From the NCBI RefSeq assembly GCF_000011805.1, contig NC_006840.2: a stretch of 32,000 nt of DNA. One strand, written 5' to 3'. Under the pieces are notes generated by a model. It was not told the origin of the DNA and searched no databases. It saw nothing but the letters and a program-made list of their open reading frames with translations. This stretch comes from Aliivibrio fischeri ES114. Lineage in GTDB: Bacteria > Pseudomonadota > Gammaproteobacteria > Enterobacterales > Vibrionaceae. Below, piece after piece: positions 1 through 9,172 of the stretch; position 1 is the first letter of the stretch; every line of letters begins with the position of its first letter. The translations under genes and the position numbers were made by a program.

Positions 1-426
1 AAATGGTACTAGATCCGTCTGAAGTGAGTACTCTTTTTTTAGCTTAATTAAAGTAATGATCCTATCTTGATCTTTCTTATTTATATTTTCATGATTCACA
101 TAAGCTCTCACACGTTCACCAACATTCGAGTCAAAAGAGAAACTCCAATCGATCGGAACTGAAGATTGCCCACCAGTTAAATGACTTTGAAGAGCCGTAG
201 AGGCAGAATTAAGGAATACCTTAGGTCCAATAAAAAGAGGTGTTATCCAAGGGGCTTTATTTGTTATATCTTCTAAATTAATATGCAAACCAGCTGCATT
301 AGATGACTCTGTAGATATAACTGTCCGAATGTAAACTGCATCCTGAGGTCGAGAAATATTCTCCAACCTTTCTAAGTCACCATTTACCAGAATTTCATAA
401 ATTTCATCTACTACAGGTCTTTCCAT
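1..426 (-). CDS. hypothetical protein, C-terminus beyond left edge
   Basis: Minus-strand frame is open across positions 420-1 (…RPVVDEIYEILVNGDLERLENISRPQDAVYIRTVISTESSNAAGLHINLEDITNKAPWITPLFIGPKVF…) with no stop. The start is placed only approximately near 426. It is not in the supplied ORF track because it is truncated by the window edge. Family not recognised. Confidence 0.5.
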   Translation of the reverse strand, partial: MERPVVDEIYEILVNGDLERLENISRPQDAVYIRTVISTESSNAAGLHINLEDITNKAPWITPLFIGPKVFLNSASTALQSHLTGGQSSVPIDWSFSFDSNVGERVRAYVNHENINKKDQDRIITLIKLKKEYSLQTDLVPF

Positions 427-594
427 ATTTTCCTCAAACTTTGAAACGCTTAACGCTATGTTAAAATGTAAGCAACGAAATATCGAAACTCCTGCATACC
501 ACTTTAAACACAAAACGCAGCGCATATAAAAATGCTACGAGTTGCGAATCACTCATAAAAAATTGTTATATTTCTGACTTTACACAGCTTCTTG

Positions 595-1440
595 CTATTT
601 ATGTTTAAAACTTAGCTCATTATTTAGTTTATTTTCCAACGTTTGAACCTGCTTCACCATTGAATCTAGGGTTATCTCAGTTTCCTTAAGCTTCCAGCTA
701 TTTTCTTCTGGGACACTCCCTTTAATTGCAATACCACTTTCCATCCACTTTATGAGAGTTTTATAGAACCCTAATATGCGCTATTGTTTCAGTATGTAAT
801 CATCTAAATCGTCTGCCATTACCTGAAAAGGTCTGAATGCGTTATATCCTATGTATACAGCGGTGATAGATCCTTTAGGAAAACTATACATTGACATTAG
901 TCGACCATTGATTAGCTCAGTTTTAAATAAGGAACGCTTCAACTGAAGCTCACCCACAACACGTACTTCTTCTTCGTAAGACCAATCTTGTGACTTGAAA
1001 AGAAATGTTCTTTTCAATATTTCTTCAGTGTTGTTTAGGAACTCACATTGATAAGAACTGGAATCATTATTTGTAGGCTTAGTTCTTGTATAAATCATAT
1101 CTCCTTTTGACGCTGGTATCACAAACTCATCCGAGTTTAATTGTGAAACTATAGAATCAAACTCAATTACAACACCCTCGTATGAGTTTGTATAATGAGC
1201 CCACATTAAAGGGTTTAGCGGTTCTCTTGTTAAAGATAAAACTCTATGATTTACTCTCGCTTTCAATAGGACTTGGCTTATTGTGGTCATAGCAGCACAA
1301 TCCGAATTATGGCTAGATTCCCATAACCCCGTAGCTCTCCCCTCGAAAGGATAATTAAAGTTATCAATTTGATTGAAACCAATTTTTAATGTTTCAATGA
1401 TTTTTTCAGCAGCACTAAATGAAGTGTACTTATATAACCC
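595..1440 (-). pseudogene. DUF2971-family protein, degraded (in-frame TAG at 781-783, no normal start codon)
   Basis: The track ORF 781-1290 contains the DUF2971-like core PLMWAHYTNSYEGVVIEFDS. Reading upstream in the same frame gives GLYKYTSFSAAEKIIETLKIGFNQIDNFNYPFEGRATGLWESSHNSDCAA, which resembles a typical DUF2971 N-terminus. Reading past the TAG in the same frame gives RILGFYKTLIKWMESGIAIKGSVPEENSWKLKETEITLDSMVKQVQTLENKLNNELSFKHK*. Confidence 0.6.
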
Positions 1441-1816
1441 ATTATGTAATTTCTACGTTTGAACTTTAGTGAAATATAACACTCTCTCTACGACAAAATG
1501 TCTTTTAGTTCCCTACCACATTTGTCGCTAGCTATTCTATTAAGGCATCTCGCCTTTTTCTAGGACTCAAACAAATCAACACTATAAGCTCGTCGGTCGA
1601 TATAGTTCGCTGCTTTCATACTTTGCGACAACCTGTCGCTTTGTGCTGTTAGCTCAAACTCTTCTTGCGCACATCATACCCTTTAATGGGTAGATTTCAT
1701 TTCCTTTTTTCTTGTTTTGCTTATAAGTTCTAATTTTTCATTAAATCCTAACTTATTGATAATATTAACTATAGATAGAAATATTTCTCTTTTACCAATC
1801 ATCAGACACAAAAAAA

Positions 1817-1838
1817 CCGAGCAAGTTACCCTGCTCGG
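1817..1838. terminator. Rho-independent terminator hairpin at the end of the fdh operon
   Basis: CCGAGCA…TGCTCGG stem flanked by an A-run on the left (minus-strand U-tract) and TTTT on the right; immediately downstream of the minus-strand operon. Confidence 0.85.
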
Positions 1839-1874
1839 CTTTTGAATTTATGACAATAAAAGTGATTAACTTAT

Positions 1875-2897
1875 TTAGTCTACTTTCTTATCTTGTGGTT
1901 GGTTTTCAGGAAGGTCTTTCACTTCGTGATACCATAAGTCATGGTGCTCTTTTGCCCATGTCTCATCAACATCACCGGTTACCATGCCATCTAGACCCGC
2001 TTCCATACCGAACAGGCCGATATAGATGTGGAAGATGAAACCACAGATAAGGATAAGTGCTGATAGCATATGCACAAGGTTAGATAGTTCCATGTCACGA
2101 CGTAATTGGCCGAACATTGGAAAATCTAAAACAAAACCACTGAAAGCAACAACGATACCGAATACAATTAGTAACCAGTAAATTGCTTTTTCACCACCAT
2201 TAGAGAAACCTGCTGATGGGTGTGAACCTTTGTGTTTACCTACCATGCCGCCCATTTTCATGAACCATTGAATGTCTGTCTTGTTGAAGATAGATTTTCT
2301 CCACCATTTCAGAAGTACACACATTAGTAGGATAAAGAAGATCGGTCCCATGTAGTTGTGGTATTGCTTCGCGGCATAAATGATCATGCCCCAGATTTCA
2401 CTTGGTAAAATCGGTTTTAAAAAGTGTTTACCATAAACTAAACATAAACCACTGAACGCTAGAGTTAAAAAGCTAAATGCCATGCTCCAGTGTAAGGCGC
2501 GATCCATACGAGACCAACGTTTGATCTTACGGCCTGTTTTTGGCTTGCTTAGTTTTAATGGACCAACGACGAAGTACGCCAGTGTTACCATTACTAAACT
2601 ACCAAAAATAGCAAGTGCACCTAATGGTGACATCCACTTCTCTTTTAGTACAAACCACGTTTCGCCTGCCGTACTAATAAGTACGCCATGTTCAGGCCAT
2701 TGCGAAGTTGTGTAGCCTTCTTGACCTGCTCTTACTTCACGCCAGATATCTGCGCCAGCAAGTTGGGTCATTTCTTTCTCTGCGCTCTTCGCGGCTGCAC
2801 TCTCATTTGCCATGCTTGGCATAGCAAATGAAAGCGTTAATGCTGCCATTAGCGGCAGCAATAACGAAAGAGAAAGACGTTTTAATTGTTTCAACAT
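1875..2897 (-). CDS. formate dehydrogenase cytochrome b556 (gamma) subunit
   Basis: Multi-pass membrane protein with an N-terminal signal-like segment (MLKQLKRLSLSLLLPLMAALTLSFAMPSMA) and the motifs RMDRALHWSMAFSFLTLAFSGLCLVYG, HNLVHMLSALILICGFIFHIYIGLFG. The start is placed at the internal ATG at 2897, since the extended ORF overlaps the upstream Fe-S gene. Confidence 0.9.
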   Translation of the reverse strand: MLKQLKRLSLSLLLPLMAALTLSFAMPSMANESAAAKSAEKEMTQLAGADIWREVRAGQEGYTTSQWPEHGVLISTAGETWFVLKEKWMSPLGALAIFGSLVMVTLAYFVVGPLKLSKPKTGRKIKRWSRMDRALHWSMAFSFLTLAFSGLCLVYGKHFLKPILPSEIWGMIIYAAKQYHNYMGPIFFILLMCVLLKWWRKSIFNKTDIQWFMKMGGMVGKHKGSHPSAGFSNGGEKAIYWLLIVFGIVVAFSGFVLDFPMFGQLRRDMELSNLVHMLSALILICGFIFHIYIGLFGMEAGLDGMVTGDVDETWAKEHHDLWYHEVKDLPENQPQDKKVD

Positions 2898-2913
2898 CAC
2901 TCTCTCCACCGGA

Positions 2914-3522
2914 TTAGCTCTTAGTCGCATCAAACGCAAGATCTTCACCGTCAGTCCAACCTGCGTCTTTCGCGCCACGCTCAACAACACGTTGACGGAA
3001 GATATCAGATACTTTCTCTGCATCACCAGCCAATAGTGCTTTTGTTGAACATAGAGAAGCACACATTGGTAATTTACCTTCAGCGATACGGTTTGCACCG
3101 TATTTCTCACGTTCTTCTTTAGAACCTGGTTCTACACCTGGGCCACCAGCACAGAATGTACATTTGTCCATTTTACCACGCTCAGCAAATGCACCCTGCT
3201 TAGGGAACTGAGGCGCACCAAATGGGCAAGCAAACAGACAGTAACCACAACCGATACAAAGATCTTTGTTGTGACGTACGATGCCGTCTTCTGTGTGTTC
3301 AAAACAGTCTGCAGGACATACTGCTTTACATGGTGCATCAGTACAGTGCATACATGCTACTGAAATTGATGTTTCACCCGGTTCACCGTCGTTTAGTGTT
3401 ACTACGCGACGACGTTGAATGCCCCATTCTAGAGCATCGTCATTTTCGTTTTTACATGCAGTGACACAGCCGTTACATTCGATACAACGCTTGGTGTCAC
3501 ATAAGAATTTCATTCTAGCCAT
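2914..3522 (-). CDS. formate dehydrogenase iron-sulfur (beta) subunit
   Basis: Four-cluster ferredoxin pattern: CIECNGCVTACK, CMHCTDAPCKAVCPADCF, CIGCGYCLFACPFGAPQFP, CTFCAGG…CASLC. Confidence 0.93.
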   Translation of the reverse strand: MARMKFLCDTKRCIECNGCVTACKNENDDALEWGIQRRRVVTLNDGEPGETSISVACMHCTDAPCKAVCPADCFEHTEDGIVRHNKDLCIGCGYCLFACPFGAPQFPKQGAFAERGKMDKCTFCAGGPGVEPGSKEEREKYGANRIAEGKLPMCASLCSTKALLAGDAEKVSDIFRQRVVERGAKDAGWTDGEDLAFDATKS

Positions 3523-3535
3523 TTTATATCACCCC

Positions 3536-6391
3536 TTACGCTTTTGTGATTTTACATAGTGTCACTTTGGTTTCCTGCATTTGCGTTACAGGGTCATAAC
3601 CATAAGTGGTTGCTGTGTTTGCTGCTTCACCAATAACGTATGGATCAGTGCCTTCTGGGTATTTATTACGTAAGTCTTCACCTTGGAATTTACCGCCAAA
3701 GTGGAATGGTACGAATGCTAAGCCAGGCTTAACGCGACGAGTTACCATTGCCTTAACGTGAATGCGACCTTTCTCTGCACCTTCAACCCAAACCATATCA
3801 CCGTCTTTAAAGCCGATGTCGTTTGCGTCTTTCGGGTTCACTTCAACGAACATTTCTTGTTGAAGCTCAGCTAGCCATGGGTTTGAACGTGTTTCTTCAC
3901 CACCACCTTCGTACTCAACAAGACGACCAGAAGTCAGAATAATTGGGTATTCTTTTGACTTGTCTTGGTCTTGAATTGTTTTGTACAGCGTTGGAATACG
4001 GAAGTTCGCAGCGCGGTCATCCCATGTTGGGTAATCAGCAACAAGATCACGACGAGGTGTGTATAACGGCTCACGGTGTTGTGGAACACGGTCAGGGAAC
4101 GTCCATACAATTGCACGTGCTTTTGCATTACCAAATGGCATACAACCGTGTTTAATAGCAACACGTTGAATACCGCCAGATAAGTCAGTTTTCCAGTTTT
4201 TACCTTCTGCTGCTACTTTCTCTTCTGGTGTTAAATCGTCCCACCAGCCTAGTTGTTTAAGCAGTTTGTCAGTGAATTCTGGGTGACCATCTTCGATTTC
4301 ACAACCTACTGGGTAGCTGTCTTCAGCTAGTAGGCTTTGACCTTCATATTCCACACCAAAACGTGTACGGAAGTTACCGCCGCCTTGAGCAACAGGTTTA
4401 GACGTATCATAAAGGATATGCGTACCTGGGTGCTTCATTTCTGGTGTACCCCAACAAGGCCAAGGAAGACCGTAGGTTTCACCGTTTACTGGGCCGCCTT
4501 CTGCTTCTAGCGTTGTTTTGTGGAACGTGTGCCAGTTTTGTGTGTGCGCTTTAATACGCTCAGGGCTTTGACCTGTGTAACCGATTGTCCACATACCTTT
4601 GTTGAATTCACGTGTGATGTCTTCAATTACAGGTTGGTTGTTTTCATCAATTTGAATGTTTTTGAACAGTTGATCTGCATAACCAAGTTTTTTACTTAGT
4701 AGGTACATGATCTCGTGGTCAGGTTTTGATTCAAACAGTGGCTCAACGATTTTTTCACGCCATTGGAATGAACGGTTTGATGCCGTTACAGAACCGTGCG
4801 TTTCAAATTGTGTTGTTGCTGGTAGTAGGTATACCCCATCAGTACGGTCGTTCATTACCGCTGCAACCGTTGGGTATGGGTCTACAATAACCATCATATC
4901 CAGCTTGCTCATTGCTTTTCTGATTTCAGTACCACGTGTTTGTGAGTTTACTGCGTGACCCCAGTAGAACATTGCACGGATATTGTCGTTTTGTTCGATG
5001 TTTGCTTTGTCTTCTAAAACACCATCAACCCAACGAGATACAGGAATACCAAAGTTATTCATTGGCGCTTTGCCGTTGTATTTACCTTGGTCGAAGCGGC
5101 CTTTGATCCACTCGAAATCTAATTCCCATACTTTAGACCAGTGTTTCCATGCGCCTTCACCAACACCGTAGTAGCCAGGAAGCGTATCAGAAAGAACGCC
5201 TAAATCCGTTGCACCTTGTACGTTATCGTGACCACGGAAGATATTTGCACCACCACCTGATTTACCCATGTTGCCAAGAGCAAGTTCTAGGATACAGTAT
5301 GCACGTGTGTTGTTGTTACCTGTTGTATGTTGAGTACCACCCATACACCAAACAACACAACCTGGACGGTTTTCAGAAAGCAGTTTTGCTGTTTCGTAAA
5401 CTTCAGCTTCAGTGATGCCTGTTACACGCTCAACTTCTGCTGGGTTCCATTTTGCAACTTCTGTGCGGATCTCATCCATACCAAATACACGTTGGTTAAT
5501 GAATTCTTGATCTTCCCATTTGTTTGCAAATACATGCCATAGTACACCCCAGATGAAAGCAACATCTGAGCCCGGACGCAATGCAACATAGTGATCAGCT
5601 TTTGCTGCTGTACGTGTACGACGTGGATCAGCAACAACGATCTTACAACTGTTCTTCTCTTTTGCGATCAGAATATGTTGCATTGCTACTGGGTGCGCTT
5701 CTGCTGGGTTTGAACCAATGAACAGAATTGACTTACAGTTGTGCATGTCATTGAATGAGTTTGTCATCGCACCGTAACCCCAAGTGTTTGCTACACCGGC
5801 TACAGTTGTTGAGTGACAAATACGCGCTTGGTGGTCAATGTTGTTTGTGCCCCACATTGCTGCGTTTTTACGATACAAGTATGCTTGTTCGTTGTTGTGT
5901 TTTGCAGAACCTAACCAGTAAACTGAATCAGGACCTGATTCTTTACGGATCTCAAGTGCTTTGTTACCCACTTCTTCAATCGCTTGTTCCCACGATAGTT
6001 TTTTCCACTTACCGTTTTCAAGCTTCATTGGGTATTTAAGACGACGCTCACCGTGACCATGTTCACGAAGTGCTGCACCTTTTGCACAGTGACCACCTGC
6101 ATTGAATGGGTGGTCAAATGCTGGTTCTTGACCAGTCCATACGCCATTTTGTACTTCAGCGTAGATACCACAACCTACTGAACAGTGTGAACAGATAGTA
6201 CGTTTCACTTCTGTAGGTGCATCAACTGGCACTTCTTTCGCTTGTGCTTTTTTCATCATGCTTGGAACAAACATGCTTGCACTTGCTACTGCACCCGCAG
6301 CAATTGTTGAAGTACGCATGAACATACGACGTGTAATGCCCAGTTGGTTCTCTTGCTTCTGTACCGAATCGGAACGTTTAGTCAGTTTCAT
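3536..6391 (-). CDS. formate dehydrogenase catalytic (alpha) subunit, Mo/W-bis-MGD, Tat-exported, cysteine type
   Basis: Tat signal GITRRMFMRTSTIAAGAVASASMF; [4Fe-4S] motif CSHCSVGCGIYAEVQNG…GGHCAKGA; active-site region HQARICHSTTVAG with Cys rather than Sec; full-length oxidoreductase (951 aa). Confidence 0.95.
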   Translation of the reverse strand: MKLTKRSDSVQKQENQLGITRRMFMRTSTIAAGAVASASMFVPSMMKKAQAKEVPVDAPTEVKRTICSHCSVGCGIYAEVQNGVWTGQEPAFDHPFNAGGHCAKGAALREHGHGERRLKYPMKLENGKWKKLSWEQAIEEVGNKALEIRKESGPDSVYWLGSAKHNNEQAYLYRKNAAMWGTNNIDHQARICHSTTVAGVANTWGYGAMTNSFNDMHNCKSILFIGSNPAEAHPVAMQHILIAKEKNSCKIVVADPRRTRTAAKADHYVALRPGSDVAFIWGVLWHVFANKWEDQEFINQRVFGMDEIRTEVAKWNPAEVERVTGITEAEVYETAKLLSENRPGCVVWCMGGTQHTTGNNNTRAYCILELALGNMGKSGGGANIFRGHDNVQGATDLGVLSDTLPGYYGVGEGAWKHWSKVWELDFEWIKGRFDQGKYNGKAPMNNFGIPVSRWVDGVLEDKANIEQNDNIRAMFYWGHAVNSQTRGTEIRKAMSKLDMMVIVDPYPTVAAVMNDRTDGVYLLPATTQFETHGSVTASNRSFQWREKIVEPLFESKPDHEIMYLLSKKLGYADQLFKNIQIDENNQPVIEDITREFNKGMWTIGYTGQSPERIKAHTQNWHTFHKTTLEAEGGPVNGETYGLPWPCWGTPEMKHPGTHILYDTSKPVAQGGGNFRTRFGVEYEGQSLLAEDSYPVGCEIEDGHPEFTDKLLKQLGWWDDLTPEEKVAAEGKNWKTDLSGGIQRVAIKHGCMPFGNAKARAIVWTFPDRVPQHREPLYTPRRDLVADYPTWDDRAANFRIPTLYKTIQDQDKSKEYPIILTSGRLVEYEGGGEETRSNPWLAELQQEMFVEVNPKDANDIGFKDGDMVWVEGAEKGRIHVKAMVTRRVKPGLAFVPFHFGGKFQGEDLRNKYPEGTDPYVIGEAANTATTYGYDPVTQMQETKVTLCKITKA

Positions 6392-6403
6392 TATTATGCT
6401 CCG

Positions 6404-6601
6404 TTATAGGCTGTCGTAATAATCACGAATGTGTTGAGTTTCACGATATCCATCGCCTTTTTTCTCAACGTTTTTAGTTTCCGCTACTGTGTTTGCATTT
6501 GCAGTACCAGATACCGCTGCGGCTACTGAACCTGCGGCAGCAGCAGTTGCAAGGCCTTTCAGTAGGTTACGGCGGTTTAGGTCCGTTTTTTTATCGCTCA
6601 T
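6404..6601 (-). CDS. small formate dehydrogenase-associated protein with twin-arginine signal
   Basis: 65 aa, LNRRNLLKGLATAAAAGSVAAAVSG Tat-like signal; located directly upstream of the catalytic subunit, as in other fdh loci. Confidence 0.85.
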   Translation of the reverse strand: MSDKKTDLNRRNLLKGLATAAAAGSVAAAVSGTANANTVAETKNVEKKGDGYRETQHIRDYYDSL

Positions 6602-6685
6602 TCAATGCTCCTATGATTCCAATGTATTTGGAATGGGCTTTTGTTTTTATGGTTCTAATTCTAGTTAAATGAATTGATTTACGTA

Positions 6686-7288
6686 CTATTGCACTTCTGT
6701 AATTTCAATTTCATTTGGGTTCTTAGCAAATCGTGTTTGCTCTACGCTGAAAAACGCCAGAGTCAAACTCACTACCGATTTGTAGAAATTTGCATGTTCA
6801 GCCTGTGTAATTTGATCACAAAGTGAAACAAACCAAGGTTGAATATGTCGATTAAAGAATCGCTGTTGCAGTACTTCTGCATCACCTGACTCGATAAGCA
6901 TAGCCATTACTTCACATAGTGCTGAAATATGATCTTCTGGCTCTTTTACTTCTTCTGCACGCTCGAAACCAAGCTGCATTAGATCTTGTCGTAGTGCGAC
7001 TAATGGTTTTTCCATTAATGCACCAGCCATGTGCCATGAGCCAAACGGCATCACTTCACCACGGCCTACACCAATAAATAAGTTTTGATACTCATCTTCT
7101 AGTGCTTCTTGTTCTGAATTTTTTGCTGCATCTGAAATCACAGACCATGCTTTGCTCATTTCGTGGCTGTCATCGCCTTCGACTTCGATACCACTTAACC
7201 AATCAATCACATTTTGATCAGGTGCTACTCGGTATAAATGTGCTAATAAACCGTAGATTTCTTGTCGAATTTGTTGTTGTTCATTCAT
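6686..7288 (-). CDS. TorD-family molecular chaperone for the molybdoenzyme
   Basis: Helical protein with EYQNLFIGVGRGEVMPFGSWHMAGALMEKPLVALRQDL, typical of the TorD/DmsD family; context in fdh operon. Confidence 0.88.
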   Translation of the reverse strand: MNEQQQIRQEIYGLLAHLYRVAPDQNVIDWLSGIEVEGDDSHEMSKAWSVISDAAKNSEQEALEDEYQNLFIGVGRGEVMPFGSWHMAGALMEKPLVALRQDLMQLGFERAEEVKEPEDHISALCEVMAMLIESGDAEVLQQRFFNRHIQPWFVSLCDQITQAEHANFYKSVVSLTLAFFSVEQTRFAKNPNEIEITEVQ

Positions 7289-7292
7289 GCCA

Positions 7293-8969
7293 TTACACCT
7301 TTAACTGTTTTTCAGGGTTTGCAGACAAATCGGTAAAGATGTCTCGAACTCGACAATCTTCACACATATATAGACGTTTAATTGATGCTTCATCGTTGAA
7401 GTGAGGGTTACCCTGTAACTTAGAGCGTAGCATTTCAATCATTGATGCTGGCGCAAAAGGCGCACCGCAGCTAATACAGCATGCCGCGTCTTCTTTATGC
7501 ACAATTTGTGTTTCTTGACGTGTCTCTTGGTTCCAGTTCATTTGCACTTTCATGCTTAACACTTTTTCTGGACAAGCACTTACGCAAAGACCACATTGAA
7601 CACAATCTTGCTCAATGAATTTCAATGTTGGTGAATCAGGATCACTATGAAGTGCACGTGTTGGACACACAGCGACACAACCCATGCACAAGGTACAATC
7701 TTTAGTTTCGCAACTGATTGTTCCGTATGGTGCGTGTGATGGTAGAGATTGAATCTCTGTGATTTCAATTTGGTTTGCTTTTGAGTCGGCAGCAAGGTGA
7801 TCCAATGCTCCCATTAGACGCTCACGCTTGTTACCTTTTAAAGGTGCATCCATTACAGATAGCGGCGTATCAATCAGTGTCATCTCATTTAACGCTTCCA
7901 TGTAAACCACTTGGATTCGTTGAGGATCTAAACCTAATTGAGTTAACAACGCCTGAGCAATTTCTACTTCTTGTGTTAGTACACGTTGAATGGTTTCTGG
8001 CATTCTGCGGCTTGCGATAAACAGAACTTGCGCTGCGCCATTCACTAGTGCAGAGAACCATGTATCAATACCAACAGACAATAGTTCATCAAGAACCACT
8101 GGAATAACATGGTCTGGCATGGTTTTAAGTGCCATTACATTGAAATTCTCATGACGATCACTACAAAATGCGATAATAGGTGTCTCTCCACCCTCTTTTT
8201 TGTAGTTTGTTAATAAGCGAGTAGCAAAGTTTTGCGTTTTTTCTGCTTCTGGTAATGCGTAGCTGATCGCTTCTGTTGGACACGCGGTTGCACATGTACC
8301 AACACCTTGGCAAAGGTATGGGTTAATTTGGATGTGGTGACCCGTTTGATCCGAACCTTCACTGGTTAATGCGCCAGCAGGACAAGCATCAACACAACGC
8401 TCACACCCTTTTACGCCACGTGAACTGTGTGCACATAACTCTGGGTTTAAGCGGAAATATTTTGGTTTATCAAACGTACCAACAAGACCCGGTAATTCAT
8501 CAAGCACTTGTGCAAGTGTTGGATAACCACGGCCTACTGGGTAGTAACCCGGTACTGGCACTTGTTCTTTCATCACGCTATCTAGTTTCATATCTAAAAC
8601 TAAATCAAAAGCGGTTTTTCCTATGGTTGTTTTAGCAAGGTTTACTCGCTCGCCATTAACCACGCACTCAACATCGAACGCACCTAAGAAGCCTTTAATG
8701 GTGACCTCTTTTGCGTGATAAACGGTTTTGTCCGTTTTTTTGTCTTGAGTATCTGATTCTGTCGATACCAATGTGATGCTGTTTAATTCAGAGAACTGCT
8801 CTGCTACATCAACAATGATGCTCGTAGGCCCGATAATGACCAAGTTACCACGGCTTTCGTAGCTCACCGTTGGCGGGATCAAGTTGTTTAACTCAACGGT
8901 TTGCTCAATAGCGAACTTACGCGCTTTGGCATTCGTTGTTTCTGATTGTGCTAAAAATTGGGTTAACAT
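7293..8969 (-). CDS. multi-cluster 4Fe-4S ferredoxin-type protein
   Basis: Repeated clusters: CAHSSRGVKGCERCVDACPAGAL, CQGVGTCATACPTEAI, CKDCTLCMGCVAVCPTRAL, CVQCGLCVSACPEKV, CCISCGAPF…CEDCR. Start likely at MLTQFLAQSETTNAKARK. Confidence 0.88.
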   Translation of the reverse strand: MLTQFLAQSETTNAKARKFAIEQTVELNNLIPPTVSYESRGNLVIIGPTSIIVDVAEQFSELNSITLVSTESDTQDKKTDKTVYHAKEVTIKGFLGAFDVECVVNGERVNLAKTTIGKTAFDLVLDMKLDSVMKEQVPVPGYYPVGRGYPTLAQVLDELPGLVGTFDKPKYFRLNPELCAHSSRGVKGCERCVDACPAGALTSEGSDQTGHHIQINPYLCQGVGTCATACPTEAISYALPEAEKTQNFATRLLTNYKKEGGETPIIAFCSDRHENFNVMALKTMPDHVIPVVLDELLSVGIDTWFSALVNGAAQVLFIASRRMPETIQRVLTQEVEIAQALLTQLGLDPQRIQVVYMEALNEMTLIDTPLSVMDAPLKGNKRERLMGALDHLAADSKANQIEITEIQSLPSHAPYGTISCETKDCTLCMGCVAVCPTRALHSDPDSPTLKFIEQDCVQCGLCVSACPEKVLSMKVQMNWNQETRQETQIVHKEDAACCISCGAPFAPASMIEMLRSKLQGNPHFNDEASIKRLYMCEDCRVRDIFTDLSANPEKQLKV

Positions 8970-9130
8970 TGCTTCACCTATTCTTGACCCCATTCGGGCC
9001 TATTCAGTTCTATGACTGGTTTATAGGTTCTATATCGCAATATCCGTACCAACTTAATGGCTAATTATGAGAAATATTAATAGGTCGATTTGTTGATTAT
9101 TTAGACTATTTGGCGGGAGTTATTTTTATA

Positions 9131-9167
9131 CGGGACATTTTGTCTCAACTTGGTTCAAAATGTCCCG
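9131..9167. terminator. 12-bp perfect inverted repeat, likely terminator of the DUF3305/DUF3306 pair
   Basis: CGGGACATTTTG (9131-9142) pairs with CAAAATGTCCCG (9156-9167); on the minus strand it sits just after the stop at 9173. Confidence 0.65.
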
Positions 9168-9172
9168 ATTCT

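Noticed and set aside
1-1740. Looked for super-integron attC (VCR-like) sites around the hypothetical and DUF2971 genes
   Set aside because: No VCR-type core pair (RYYYAAC/GTTRRRY with the long conserved palindrome) was identified by eye; a covariance search (attC model) would be needed to be certain.
1850-2038. Plus-strand ORF opposite the cytochrome b gene, and the many other plus-strand track ORFs between 1850 and 8635
   Set aside because: They are antisense shadows of strongly supported minus-strand fdh genes and have no family features.
2898-3110. N-terminal extension MRNTVQTVSLKVNYQ… of the cytochrome b subunit ORF
   Set aside because: It overlaps the 3' end of the Fe-S gene; the real signal-peptide start is the ATG at 2897.
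2812-3338. Small ORFs 2812-3036, 3132-3338 and 3222-3464 around the Fe-S subunit
   Set aside because: They lie wholly or largely inside the well-supported Fe-S subunit gene in other frames; the first also spans its 3' end and the adjacent start.
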